From the human T2T-CHM13v2.0 reference genome, Homo sapiens, in NCBI RefSeq assembly GCF_009914755.1, contig NC_060940.1: 64,000 bases of DNA; one strand, written 5' to 3'. Both the position numbers and the translations under genes were made by a program. Shown here one piece after another: positions 51,294 through 63,925 of the stretch. Within the stretch, counting starts at the first letter, position 1; every line of letters starts with the position of its first letter. The notes under the pieces are model-generated. The model was not told the origin of the DNA. It worked only from the letters and a program-made list of their open reading frames with translations, and searched no databases.

Positions 51294-51491
51294 CAGGGTA
51301 TCTCAGACTCAGCTTCGTTGACATTTTGGGTCTACGCATGATAGGATGTTTAGCAGCATCTCCATTAGATGCCAGTAGCAACCCTCTCCCCTCAACTCCC
51401 CGGCCAGTTGTAAGAACCAAAAATATCTCCAGACATTGTGAAATGTAACCTTGGGGACACAATCTGCCATTCACCTCCTTGAGAACCACTG
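51294..51491 (-). mobile_element. MER20 hAT DNA transposon inside an antisense L2 (51083-51670)
   Basis: ttgacattttggg...taggatgtttagcagcatc...tagatgccagtagca...ccaaaaat.tctccagacattg...ttgagaaccactg. Confidence 0.9.
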
Positions 51492-51689
51492 CTATGGTTA
51501 ATAGGGAGTACGTTGTTTAAAGCAGTTGAACAGCTGGATCCATACTGATTCTTACCATGGCCTTTCTGGTGGAAGACAGATTGGAGGGGGAGGGGGGCAA
51601 GGAGACACCCAGGGAGGCTGATGCAGCAATTTATGTACAGAGTGAGGACAGCCCAAAATAGGGCAGTGTCTACACACCCAGAGGATGCT

Positions 51690-52310
51690 CTTCCTCCTAA
51701 ATCCATCTCAAATCCATCCCTTCCCTCTATACCTAGTGAACCTTAATTTTTGCCTTGTCCACCTTTTCTAGCCTCTCCCCAACCTAATCATCACTGCCAG
51801 AGAGAACTTTCTTAAAAGCAAATCAAAACATGTTTATTTCCAGCTTGGGAACCTACAAAATGCCCCTAACATTGGCAGGATCAAGAACAACCTCAGTGTC
51901 GAGAATGAGCCCCTTCCTGAGCAGAGCTCTACCCACTTGCCTTGTCTCCTGTCTGTCAATTTCTAGGTCATGTGTTATGAAAACCTACTCGCAATCTCTT
52001 GATTGTGTCTAACGTTTCTTAAGAACTTCCTCTTAGCCTGGAATTCGTTTTCTCCTCCTCCTCATCTGTCAAGATCTGCCTTACATTTCACCTCCTCAGG
52101 GAAGCCTTCTTTCTCTGCTCATCCTAGGGTAGAGTTGAAGATTCCTTTTCTGGGTTCCAGTCCTACAGTGCTTACCATGCTATATTCCAATGCCCTAATA
52201 TTCGGTCCATCTGTTCCACTTGTTGTGAATCCCTCAAAATAAAAAATTGCATTCTGGCTTGTCTTTCAAACTCAGTGCCTAGTATACAGAACCTAAATAA
52301 TTTTTGGAGA
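51690..52310 (+). mobile_element. L2 fragment
   Basis: cactgccagag.gaactttcttaaaagcaaatc; tcacctcctcagggaagccttc. Confidence 0.7.
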
Positions 52311-52775
52311 AGGAAGAAAGAGACAGATTCAATAGAACAGACTAGCACAAGCAGAAATACGATGTGCTAACTTAGTAATTGTACACATAATTTTAAAAAG
52401 AGACCGGGGATAATAAAATGTCTCAATAATGGACTTAATCAGTATACTTATAGAAGAGATACTTCAGGAAGAGGGGAAACTTGAGCTATTCGTAGTAGAA
52501 GAGAAAGAACTCTTGGGTTGTAGGAATTCATGGTCCAGAGCATGCAACATTCTGATTAAATTTAGCCTTTCGTATATTTTCTTTGGCTCCCAAACCATTG
52601 CTGTATATTTTCTTTGAAAAGTCAATAGAAAATAATGATTAATTGTAGAGTTTATGATAACAATTTAAACAACTGAAAATAAGGTATCATAAAATATTAA
52701 TTTCTGCCTTTTCCCAACATGGATTGCTGAATAAGAAACCAAGAGGAGTGAACTGGGTTGCTACAGAAGGTGAGA

Positions 52776-52876
52776 ACCTGCTGTGGCCGAGTGGAAGGAC
52801 CAAGGAGCAAGATAAACAGTTGGTATTTTTTTTAACCTGTTAATGAACTTGTATTACATTTATTACTATGATCATA
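52776..52876 (+). repeat. About 100-bp direct repeat, copy 1
   Basis: About 80-85% identical to 54589-54687 by manual alignment. Confidence 0.85.
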
Positions 52877-54588
52877 TATTTTGCAGATTCGTGGGCAGGC
52901 AGGAGTCTGACTCTTATTCCGAATATAACCAACATAAGGTTTATGGAAGAAAAACTAATTGTAGAGACTACCTGCAGGTGTAAGTAAGGGTCCTATGCCT
53001 GAGAAGGTGGTTGAGCATGCAGTTAATATGGGATTGGGGAAGGCAAGGGTCTAATGCTCAAAGAAAAGTCCTGAGAAGCTGAAGGCACTCCAAAGTTGTG
53101 GATTCTTTGCATGTCCACACTGAGGAGTGGATGTTCTCCAGGACTCTCATTCACCCACAGCAGCCACTGGACTAGGTCCTGAGTGGGTCCATGCAGGATC
53201 TGAAGAATGTAAGGCTTTGCAAGGGGATTGTGCTCTCAGATTGCAAACATGTTTGCTGAGGAGTCTTGCACATGGTGTTTTATGGATTAAAGAGAAGAGC
53301 AATAATGGTGCTTTACTCTCAATTCCCGGAGAAAAGTAACCAAACCTGAAATTGATTTTTTTTCTTTTGCTAGTTGAATACTTAATGTTACATATTAAGC
53401 AACAGGATTTTACAATTCACTAGCCCTTCACTTACAGGGAATTAAGCAATAAAAATCCATTCTCTACCAAATGCCAAGAGCCAAAGCCATGCAGTAATAA
53501 GTGAGTGAGCCTATTGAGTGATTCAGTCAGCGCATTGATTTCTTGTTTTTCCAAATATCTATTTCGTTGCGATATGTGGGAACTACTTAATAGACTCCAA
53601 GGTGTTTTCCTCCTACTTTCTGTAATTTCTTGCCTTCTTTTCTCTGCTCCCTCAGCTCAAGACTCAGGAACCCATTAGTGTCCCTGTTGCTAAAACACTT
53701 GTATAGGAAGCTAGTGCGTCACTGCCTGGGATCTCTTGCATCAAGGAATTCCCAAATAGAGCTTATAAAAATTAAATGTGAAGCAAAAAGGAGCTTCATT
53801 TGATCTTTACAAGATCCTTGTGAACTACATACTATTATGTTTGCTAATAATATGGTTTCTGTTTATATAGATTAGGAAAATGAGCCACATGGAGGTAGTG
53901 AGCAGCTGAACTAGAAATGGAACCAAATGCCCTGGTTCTAGTCCTCGACCCTAACCTTCATGCTATGCTTTCTCTATATCTGCATGTTATTCTCCAGAAA
54001 CATTTATTGCCTTTGGTTAACTCCCATCCAGTACCACTTATTCATTAAGGAAATGGAACATGGTAGGCATTCAATGGACAGTTGAGTATTGGTTCATTGA
54101 GAGGATTTTGCTACTCTGACACAACCTAATATTTCGCATGTTGTGTGGCATAGCTATGAATAGAGCAGATGTGAAGAGCAAGAAATGATGGCAATCAATA
54201 GCCTCCGAGACCACAGTTCATAAACTGCTGGTGTTTTATGGAGCTCTAAAAAGGGCTTATGCATCCTTCAGGACCAGGGAGGGAAAGACTTTCCTTGCTT
54301 TGAAGAGTTGATGAAGACAGGTCAGGCAGTGTCTTCACATTCTGCCCAATCCCTAGAAACTCCTCGTCCATGAACCAGGATCAGGCACTGGCATAGAAAG
54401 ATGATTACCTCCTAAATAAGTCCCATCATAAAGCTCTTAGTCAAACCACCCCATCCTAATAGGGCAGTAGAGAGGGAGGAATTAATGGAAGAGACTTCAG
54501 GGCCTTATTGAGCTGATCACAATGGCCTCATTTTCTGCATTAATGGTTTTTAGCTGTGTCAGTGGAGTCCTGAGAGTTCTGCAGAGTT

Positions 54589-54687
54589 ACCTGCTGTGGC
54601 CAGGTAAAAGGGCCAAGGAGCAACACAAACATTTGGTATTTTCTTATCTGTTAATAAACTTGTATTACATTTATTACTTTGATCTTA
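54589..54687 (+). repeat. About 100-bp direct repeat, copy 2
   Basis: Shares acctgctgtggcc, ccaaggagcaa and aacttgtattacatttattact with copy 1. Confidence 0.85.
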
Positions 54688-54854
54688 AACAGAAAATAAA
54701 ATGAAGCAAAAAAAGAAACAATACCTAGTAACTACCATTATCAAACCTAGATCCACCATTATCACCCTTTTCAACAACTACTCTTTAACAACAACAACAA
54801 CAAAAAACTACATGCAGGCTCTGAGCTAAAACTTTAAAACTTTACAAGCATTAT

Positions 54855-55260
54855 TGAAATTGGCCAAATTTTCCAACAATTTGGATGTCCATAGAAGTGC
54901 AGCTTGAGAAACTTACATTTATGCAAGTGATGCACCTGCTGCCTGGTTGACCAGCTCCTCTTCCTTACCCCTCCGTATGGTTACAGTGAGACACTAGACC
55001 CCTCATTCAACCTCCTGCAGCCTGTTGACCAACTACTCTTCTTTACCCTGCCTGTTTTCCTTCCCTGGTATAATAACCTTTATCTTTAGTTGGGAGAGAG
55101 AGAGATGGATTTGAGGTTTGTCTCTTATCTTTCTCACTGATATCACCCAAATAAAGCCTTCTCCCCTGGCTTGTTGTCTTAGTCCCCTTGTTGTCTTAGT
55201 GATTGGCCTTCTGTGCATTGAACAATGGTGCCTAGACTGAAACTCTGGCATTTTGTAACA
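54855..55260 (+). mobile_element. LOR1-type ERV1 solo LTR inserted in a MIR
   Basis: tgaaattggcc...gagatggatttgag...taaagccttct...gtgattggc.ttctgtgc...cctagactgaa...gtaaca; 4-bp TSD ttat 54851-54854 / 55261-55264. Confidence 0.85.
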
Positions 55261-55569
55261 TTATTACAAGTTTACACAGCCAGTACGTGGGAGAGCCAGG
55301 ATCTGAACTCAGTGTCTGCCTGGCTCCAAAACCTGGGACGTTAACAATCTTGGTATTACTGCGGCTACCTGAACCATGCTTCTTTCTGTACCATGAATGG
55401 ACTTTGAGATAGGATTTCTGTTTTCTCAGGTACCAGCTATTAGTGCATCTTTGATTCCAGCCTCGTTGTGTCCTGCATTGCAGCTGCTGAATCAAGGGAT
55501 GGAGTATAGTTTTTCTGTTAACCCATAGCAGGAAAAGTTAAGGTTGAGGAGTTTTCTGAATAAAGGACT

Positions 55570-55910
55570 ATCTTTGGCTGCCTGGAATGTCTGCTTTTCC
55601 CTATCCCTTACTGGTACATTTGCCTGGTTGACTTCCATTTGCTATTAAAGACTTTACCTCCTCTACAAATGAATGTAACTCCCCCCACCCACATACACAC
55701 TATACCTCTGTTATCATAATGTTTCCTTATTTTTCAGTTTTAGCACTTAACATCCTGTGTTGTGACTCACCGTTTATATATCTACCTCTCCCACTAAAAT
55801 ATGGATTTCATGTAGGCCAAGACAAAGACACACATACACACACACACACACACGGCAAGACTGTGATTCATTAAATAGTTGCTGGATGAGGAATGAACAA
55901 ATGAATGAGT
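55570..55910 (+). mobile_element. L2 3' fragment
   Basis: ctgcctggaatg.ct...ctctcccacta.aat.tg.atttcatg.agg...aaatagttgctggatg. Confidence 0.65.
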
Positions 55911-56244
55911 GCACACCATGGACATGCGGATAATTCTCGTTGATCTTTCTCTTATAAAGCACCAATTTTAGGCATTTAAAAAAAAAGGTAAATTTACAAC
56001 CAACAAAGGTTGAACTAGCTTGTGAGAAAATTTATTAGTCTGGAAAGGAAAATGTTGACAGAGTTACAACACAGAAACACAAAGTCTTTCTCTTTCTCTT
56101 TGTCTTTCATTTTACAATGAAAGCAAAAACAAAAACGCCTGTGGAGTGGTTGAATAATTGGCTCACTCTGAGGGATGGGGCAGGGTAGGCTAGCACAGCA
56201 GCTACCCTTCCTGAGTAGCCATAAGATTAAAATGCAGATTTCCA

Positions 56245-56449
56245 TCTGGGCAACACGGGGAGACTATTTCTAAATAAATATATATTTTTAATTAGCCGAG
56301 TATGGTGATGAGTGCCTGTAGTTCCAGCTACTTGAGAGAGGCTGAGGAGGACAGATAGCTTAAGCCCAGGAGTATAAGGCTGCAGTGAGCTACGATTGCA
56401 CCACTGCATTGCAGCCTGGGTAACACAGGGAGACCCCATCTCTAAAAGA
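56245..56449 (+). mobile_element. AluJ, 5'-truncated, in a MER5-like fragment
   Basis: Perfect 16-bp TSD aaaatgcagatttcca 56229-56244 / 56450-56465 at a TT/AAAA site. Confidence 0.92.
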
Positions 56450-56529
56450 AAAATGCAGATTTCCAAGTGCTGCTCCAGGAAATTCTAATTTGGGGTTTGG
56501 CTTTAGGGTGTTTTTAAATTTAGCAATCT

Positions 56530-56745
56530 CGTATATTCCATTGATTATATGTCACATACTATTCTAAGTGCTTATACAAATTAACTCACCTAACCTTCAT
56601 AAAAACCCTATTTTCTTCGTGTCACAGATGAGTAAACTGAAGCACGGCAATGTCGGGCCATGTGCTCAAGGTCATATGGGCTATAAATTGTGGAATCAGG
56701 ATTGAGTGCAGGCAGGAGATGCACCATGGCTCTGACGCATTTTCA
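56530..56745 (-). mobile_element. MIR
   Basis: acagatgagtaaactgaagcac...tgctcaaggtcat. Confidence 0.75.
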
Positions 56746-56787
56746 TGTTTCTGGACCAATGTGCTATAACACTTCTAGAAAATCCTT

Positions 56788-57468
56788 CCCACCAACAGTG
56801 TATAAGTGTTCCTTTTTCTCCACAACCTTGTCACCATCTTTTATTTTTTGACTTTTTAATAATAGCCATTCTGACTGGTGTTAGATGGTATCTCATTGCA
56901 GTTTTGATTTGCATTTCTCTAATGATCAGTGATGTTGAGCTTTCTTTCATATGATTGTTGGCCAAATGTATGTCTTCTTTTGAAAAGTGTCTGTTCAGTT
57001 CCTCAAAGACCTAAAGACAGAAATACCATTCAATGCCAGCATCCCATTACTGGGTATATGCCCAAAGGAATATAAATCATTCTATTACAAAAACACATGC
57101 ATGCATATGTTTATTGCAGCACTATTCACAATAGCAAAGACATGGAATCAACCTAAATGTCCATCAATGACAGAATGAATAAAGAAAATATGGCACATAT
57201 GTACGATGGAATACTATGCAGCCATAAAAAAGAATGAGATCATGTCCCTTACAATGGAGCTGGAGGCCATTATCCTTAGCAAATAACACAAGAACAGAAA
57301 ACTAAATACTGCATGTTCTTAATTATAAGTTGGAGCTAAATAATGAGAACACATGAACACATAGAGAAGAACAACACACACTGAGGCCAAGAGTGAATTT
57401 TGGAAGAAGGGAGAGGATCAGGAAAAATAACCAATGGGTACTAGGCTTAATACCTGGGTGATGAAATA
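56788..57468 (+). mobile_element. L1PA13-15 with 5' inversion (antisense 56788-56997, sense 56998-57468), 3' end missing
   Basis: cccaccaacagtgtataagtgttcc...aagtgtctgttca | gttcctcaaagacctaaagacagaaatacc...ctgggtgatgaaata. Confidence 0.9.
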
Positions 57469-60400
57469 GCATCAGGAAGGAAGAACATCGTAAGCAGAAA
57501 TATGAGTAAATACAATAGATTTTCTTTCTCCTGTTGAGTTTTCTGTATTAATTTTGACATTGGAAGCCAAAGTTATAATGATGATGTGGTTGCAAATGTA
57601 TGTAAAAGAAATATTTAAGATAATTACATTATAAATGGGGGAGGGTAAAGGGATATAAAAGGAGGTAAAATTTCAGTTCAATTGACAAAAATATTAATAA
57701 CTTCACTTGTAGACTATGATAATTTATGTACATATAAGGCAATATCTAGATCAACCACTTAAAAAGCCACACAATGAGGCACTCTCAAAAACTATAGATA
57801 AATCAAAATTGAAATCTAAAAGCTATTCAAATGGTGCACAAGAAGGCAGGAACAAGAAAACAGAAGTTAAAAACAGAGAGAACAAACAGAAAATAAAAAG
57901 GCAGGCTTAAGCCCTAAAATATCATGATTATAAGTGGTCTCAATGCAACAAATAAAAGACAGGGAATGGCATAATAGATTTTTAAAATGACACAAATATA
58001 AGCTGTCTACAAGGAATTCACTTCAAATAGTATGATGTAGGCAGGTTTAAAGTAAAAAGATGGAAAATGATTTATCACAGAAACATTAAATGAAGATAAG
58101 CAGGATTGGCTGTATTAAGATCAGATAAAATCAATTTTAGACCAAAGAAAACTGCCAGAGATAAAAGGGTCAGTCCACAAAGAAGAAATAATTATCCTAA
58201 ATGTGTATTCACCAAACAACAGAACTGCAAAATATGTGACACAAAAACTTATAGAACTAAAAGCAGAAAGAGACAAATTCACAATTATATTTGGTGATTT
58301 CAACACCCATCTCCTCTGAAAAATTGATAAAACAAGGCAGAGAACAGGGCAGCATATAGAAAAACTTGACACCATCATCAACCAACAAGATCTAACAGAC
58401 ATTTGTAGAAAATTCCCCCCAACCCACTAACCACAACATACACATTATTTTAAAGGGCACATGGAACATGTGCCAAAATAGACCATATACTGAGTCATAG
58501 AATAAACCTAAACAATTTAACATAGTTGAAATCATACAGAATGTGCCTTCTGATCACAAGGGACTCTAAGTAAACCAACCAACAAACAAAACAACAACAG
58601 GAAGAGAACAAGAAATCACCAAATATTTGGAACTTAGCAGCACAATTTTAAATAAGCCATGAGTCAAAGATGAAGTGTCAAAGATAATAAAAATAAAGAC
58701 ATTGAAGAGAATAAAAATGAAAATACAACATATCAGAAATCTATGGGAAACAGCTAAAGCAGTGCTGATAGGGGAATTTGTAGCATTAAGTGCATACAGT
58801 AGAAAAGAGGAAATGACTTAAATCAATAATTGAAGCTCCCACCTCAAAAACATAGAAAAGTGTAATAAACCTAAATCATGCAGAAGGAAAGAAAATAATA
58901 AAGACAAGAGCATAAACTGATGAAATTGGAAACAGAAAATCAATAGAAAAAAATCAATAAAACAAATAACTAGTTCTTTGGATATCTGTTCAATGAAACT
59001 GACAACTCTAGCAACACTAGCAAAGGAAAACAGAGTAGATATAGATTGCCAACATCGAGAATGACTATCTTGATGTTACCACTATAGCCTCCGTAGACAT
59101 CAAAAGGATAGTAAGAGAATACTATGAGAAACTTTACACACAGCAGTTTGATATCTTAGATGCAATGAACCAATTCCTTAAAAAACAAAGTACCAGAACT
59201 CACCCAATGCGAAACAGATAATTTGAGTAGCCCTATTCCTATTAAGGAAATTGAATTAGTAATTTAAAACCACCCAAAAAGAAATCTACAGTCTCAGATG
59301 GTAAAAATGTTCATCCTTCCCAAATTGATATATGGGTTTAACACAATTCTTAACAAAATCCCAACAAAATATTTTGCAGATACAAACAAAATTATTCTTA
59401 AATTGATCTGGAAAGGCAACTGAACCAAACTAGGTAAAACAATTCTGAGATAGAAGACTAAAGCGGGAGAAATCACTCTACCCAATTTCAGGACTTACTG
59501 TGTACCTATGGTAATCAAGACTGTATGGAGGGATGAACACAAAGGTCAATGGAACAGAACAGAGCACCCAGAAGTAGATCCAACAAGCATGGACAACTTA
59601 CTTTTGCCAAAGGTGCAAAAGCAATTCAATGGAGGAAAGACCTTCCTTTCAACAAATGACGCTGGAGCAATTGGACATCCACAGGCAAACGAAATGAAAA
59701 AAGAAAAAAAAGAAAAGGAAAAAGAAATTATATTCAAGTCTCATACCTTACATAAAATTAATTTAAGCTGAATCATAGTTTTAATTATAAAAAAGTAAAT
59801 CTAACTTTTCTAAAACATAAAATCATAGGAGAAATCTTTGAGATATGGAGCTCTCAGAGTTCTCAAATTCGATATTAAAAGCACATCAGTGAAAGGAGAA
59901 ACTGATCAATTGAATTTCATCAAAAGGAATAACTTTTTCAGTGTGAAAAAAAACCCTGCTAAGACGGATACGAAGCTACAGACTGGAATAAACGGTTTGT
60001 AAGCCACATTCCTGACAAAGGGCTAGTATAAAGAACTCTAAATGCTCAACAATAAACAAAACAAAACAAAACAAAACACAATTACAAAATGAACAAAAAC
60101 CATTAAGAGATATTTTACTGAAGAAGATATACAGATGGTAAATAAACACATGAAAAGATATTCAACATTATTAGCCATTAGGGCAATGTAAATTAAAATA
60201 ATTGGATATTACAACATACCTGTCAGAAGAGCTAAAATGTAAAATCAACATAGTAATAACCCTGAATGTCAAGAGGATGTAGGGGAATTAGATCCCTCAT
60301 ACACTGCTGGTGGATTGTAAAATGGTACAGCCACTCTGGAAATCATTTTTGCAGTACTACCGTATGACCCAGCCATTACACTCTTGTGTATTTATCCCAG

Positions 60401-60558
60401 AGAAACAGAATCTTGGCATTTACACCAAAACCTGTACATGAATGTTTATGGCAACTTTATTCATAATGGCCAAACTTAAAATAACCCAGATGTCCTTTAA
60501 TGGCTGAATGGGCAAACTGTGATACATTCATACTATAGAATACCATTCAGTGATAGGA

Positions 60559-60596
60559 GCGCCAGTGGTGCAGTTGGTTAGCCCTTGGTACTTATG
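60559..60596 (+). pseudogene. tRNA-Ile(TAT) 5'-half retropseudogene (tailless)
   Basis: gcgccagtggtgcagttggttagcccttggtacttatg matches recalled GCTCCAGTGGCGCAATCGGTTAGCGCGCGGTACTTATA at 30/38; 19-bp TSD 60537-60555 / 60598-60616. Confidence 0.85.
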
Positions 60597-60838
60597 CAGA
60601 ATACTATTAAGTGATAAAAATGAATGAGCTGTTGGTACATATAACAATGTAATGAATCTTAAGGGAATCATGTTGATAAAATCCAGTCACAGTAAGTTAC
60701 ATATTGCATAATTTCATTTATACAACATTCTTGAAATGACACCTTTATGAAAATGGAGAATAAATTCACAGTTGTCAGAGGTTAAGGAGGAGGTACAGGT
60801 TAGAGGCGAGAGCGTGTGGCTATAAAAAGAACCATGAG

Positions 60839-61150
60839 GGCTGAGCGTGGTAGCTCACACTTGTAATCTTAGCAGTTTGGGAGGCCTAGGTGGGCAGATC
60901 ACCTGAGATTAGGGGTTCAAGACCAGCCTGGCCAACATGGAGAAACTCTGCCTCTACTAAAAACACAAAAATTAGCTGGCCATGGTGGTGGCCGCCTGTA
61001 ATCCCAGCTACTCAGAAGGCTGAGGCAGAAGAATTGCTTGAACCCAGGAGGCAGAGGTTACGGTAAGCCAAGATCACGCCACTGCACTCCAGCGTGGGTG
61101 ACAGAGTGAGACTCCATCTAAAAGAATAATAATAATAAAATCAAAAACAA
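60839..61150 (+). mobile_element. AluSx
   Basis: Full dimer; TSD-like aaaaagaaccatgagg / aaaaagactatgagg. Confidence 0.95.
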
Positions 61151-62954
61151 ACAAAAAGACTATGAGGGATCTTTGTGGTGATAGAAATACTCTGTATCTT
61201 GACTGTAGCAATGTCAATATTTTGGTTTTGTTATTACACTATAGTTTTGCCAGATATTACCATAGGGAGAAACTAGGTGAAGGATATTATGGAATTGTCT
61301 TTATGTTTTTTTTTACAACTATATATCAATCTACAATTACATAAAAAGAAAAATTTAATTCAAAGCGAAGATCATAGAGGGCTCCATGTCATTAACCATT
61401 AGGTTAAATGGTTTGAAATCAGCTAACACTTTTAAGACAAAAATGACATGGGTCAGAATTAGGATCCAGCTTCTTGGATGCCTGGCTTTGCATCAGCCTC
61501 ACTGCACGAATCATCAGTTCCATACCTTGAAAATGGGATGTGTAAATCAAGTCTGACCTAGAGGGGGATGCTGGGGTGTGAAGAAGCAATGTAGGTCTTT
61601 ATAGACAGCAAGTCCTGGAACCTGGAGGGAGGAGAGGTCATGGCTTGCATGGACCTGAGGGCAGGCATGAACTGAGATCTGAGGGATGATGAAAGTGAAC
61701 TTTAGCTTAAGAAGAGGAGGACTGGAGTTGGAGGTTTCCTGGAGAGAGCCCTCTTCTTGAGAACTGGTCCCGCCTCTCTGATTTATGGGACAAAGCAGCA
61801 CTGACTAGAGCATTCTTGGTTAGAATGTTATCAAGATCAAGGCACTTTCAGGGAAAAATAAGTTTTGAGTGTGAATAGGCTGATTTTCTTTCTTTTTTCC
61901 TTTCCTGTTCTTCTTTTTCAGGTTATTCTGCCATAACAGCAATGATCTGAAGGAAGATGTGTTTTATTATTTGATCCCTTGGAATATGTAGCCTCTCTCT
62001 TGGAAAAGTTGACATCGTGGCAGAGGAAAACCCCATTTAGTGGACCACTCCCATTTCCAGTTGAGAAGAAAATAGTCACTGTGACCTTCCCTGATTGTGA
62101 AGGATGGGATTCCTTAAGTGAATTGCTTTGGTTTAATGAGTACAAAGGAGAAAAGAGGGTATCTGACTGTTTTCTCACTGAGGGCAGGGACCACACCAGC
62201 CCCGTTCTTCCTTGTGCTCAGTGTAGCTAAGTGTGTATCTCTAGAACCTGGATTGGGTGCTGATTCGCTGTGTGAAGTTGCCCATGCTTTTTAGCCTTTC
62301 TGATCTTTAGGTTTCACTTTTGCTTCCAAAGGATGTACCTATGTGCTCCCATCTACATGAGGCTGAAATGCGTGGACCTGGAGATCAGATGCAACTGCTT
62401 TCAGGTCTGGCTTTGGGATCTTGGGCATGTTACTGGAATCTGAGTTCTAAGTAAACAGAGATGATGTCCTCTTCCTTTTCTCCCATTGACCTCTAGCACC
62501 TGGAATAGGTTCTACCACCAAATAGGTGCTCAGTAAGCATTTGTGAATAAATGAACAGCCCTATCCCTCACTTATTCCATCAAGGATTTGCCTGAGCCTA
62601 TCCTTCTGCACCATGTACTCTAGGCAGTCCCTCCATGGACCTTCTTTGCTTTATAAGGCAGATGATGATGTTGGTTGTGATTCCAAGTCCCTGGTCTCCC
62701 CAGCTGGGTCACGTTGCTGTGGCTCTGCTGGGGTGGTGGAAGGAAAGACACACCTTGAGAATAGAATGCATTACCTGGAGGCCTCCATTAGGAAATGCAG
62801 TGAGCAGGCACATTCTCACTCATGTTCCAATAATGTTTTTGATGCAACTAACACAAGGGCTAAGCTGAAGGTAGAGGACAAGAATGGAGCATTCGGAATT
62901 GAAGGGAACTGAGTTCAAATCCAGTTCTATTCCTTTCTAGCTCTTACCATGTCC

Positions 62955-63760
62955 CATGTAAACATTTACTGGCCACCTGCTGGGTGCAAGGTATTGTTTT
63001 AGATACTGGGTATACAGTAGTGAGCAAAAAAGGCAAGGCCTCTGTTTTCCGGGATCTAACATTCAGTGGAGGTGGACAGACAATAACAGTGACATAAATA
63101 ATTAAAACAATTTCAGATACTAATACATGCTATAAAAAAATAAATAGCTCATGTAATGAGTTCAGGCAACAGATATTTATTGGGTATCTATTATGTGCTA
63201 GGCACTGTTCTAGGTTCTGGAGATACAAAGAGTGAAGACAATAAACATTACTCTCATAGAATCTACAGTCTAATGGAGGAAGACATACAATAATAAATAA
63301 ATGAGTGAAAAGGCATGGTGTCTTGTGCCTGCAATCCTTGCACATTGGGAGTCCAAGGGAGGATGATCACTTGAGGCCAGGAGTTGGGGACCAGCCTGAG
63401 CAACAAAGCAAGACCCTGTCTCGACAAAAAAAAAAATTAAATAGAAATTAGCTGAGTGTGGTGGTGTGTGCCTATAGTTTCAACTACTCAGGAGGCTGGA
63501 TTGCTTGAGTCCAGGAGTTCAAGGCTGCGGTGAGCTGTGATTGCACCACTGCTGCACTCCAGCCTGGACAACAGAGTGGGACCCCTGTTTCAAAAATAAA
63601 AAAAGAAGATAACATACATGTTGGAGTTGAGTGGTGATAGAAATTGTAAATATAAATGAAGCAGGTGAGGTGAAAATGTGTGTGTGACTGTGTACATGCT
63701 ATTTTAGACAGGGCAGTGACAAAAATTCTCTTTGATACAGTGACAGACATTTAAGCAGTG
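62955..63760 (-). mobile_element. Two tandem L2 3' fragments, the second split by an Alu
   Basis: aacatttactgg.cacct.ctgggtgc; caacagatatttattgggt.tctattatgtgctaggcactgttctagg. Confidence 0.75.
63311..63605 (+). mobile_element. AluJ
   Basis: gatcacttgaggccaggagtt...ggagttcaaggctgcggtgagctgtgatt + A tail. Confidence 0.92.
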
Positions 63761-63769
63761 ATATAATTT

Positions 63770-63925
63770 CTAGTATCAGTTTCTGCTGAAAATGTGGAAG
63801 ATGGGATTTAGCTCCGAGGTTGTAGTGAGGACTAAATGAGGTGCTAAATTTGAATGTGCCTGAGCAGGTGCCTAGAACGTGAAACAGACTCAGGAAGCAC
63901 AGGTTATTATTACTGTTGTTATTGT
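63770..63925 (+). mobile_element. MIR 3' part
   Basis: gaggttgtagtgaggactaaatgag...tgcctagaac. Confidence 0.65.

Larger units (their letters stand above)
57469..61350 (+). mobile_element. L1MD/MC inter-ORF, ORF2 (RT region deleted near 59300) and 3'UTR
   Basis: EN-domain remnants at 58100-58500; ORF2 jump at 59301; 3'UTR atgagggatctttgtggtgatagaaat.ctctgtatcttgactg. Confidence 0.85.

Noticed and set aside
51088-51489. 133-aa ORF
   Set aside because: Lies across MER20 and L2 with a non-ATG start; chance ORF
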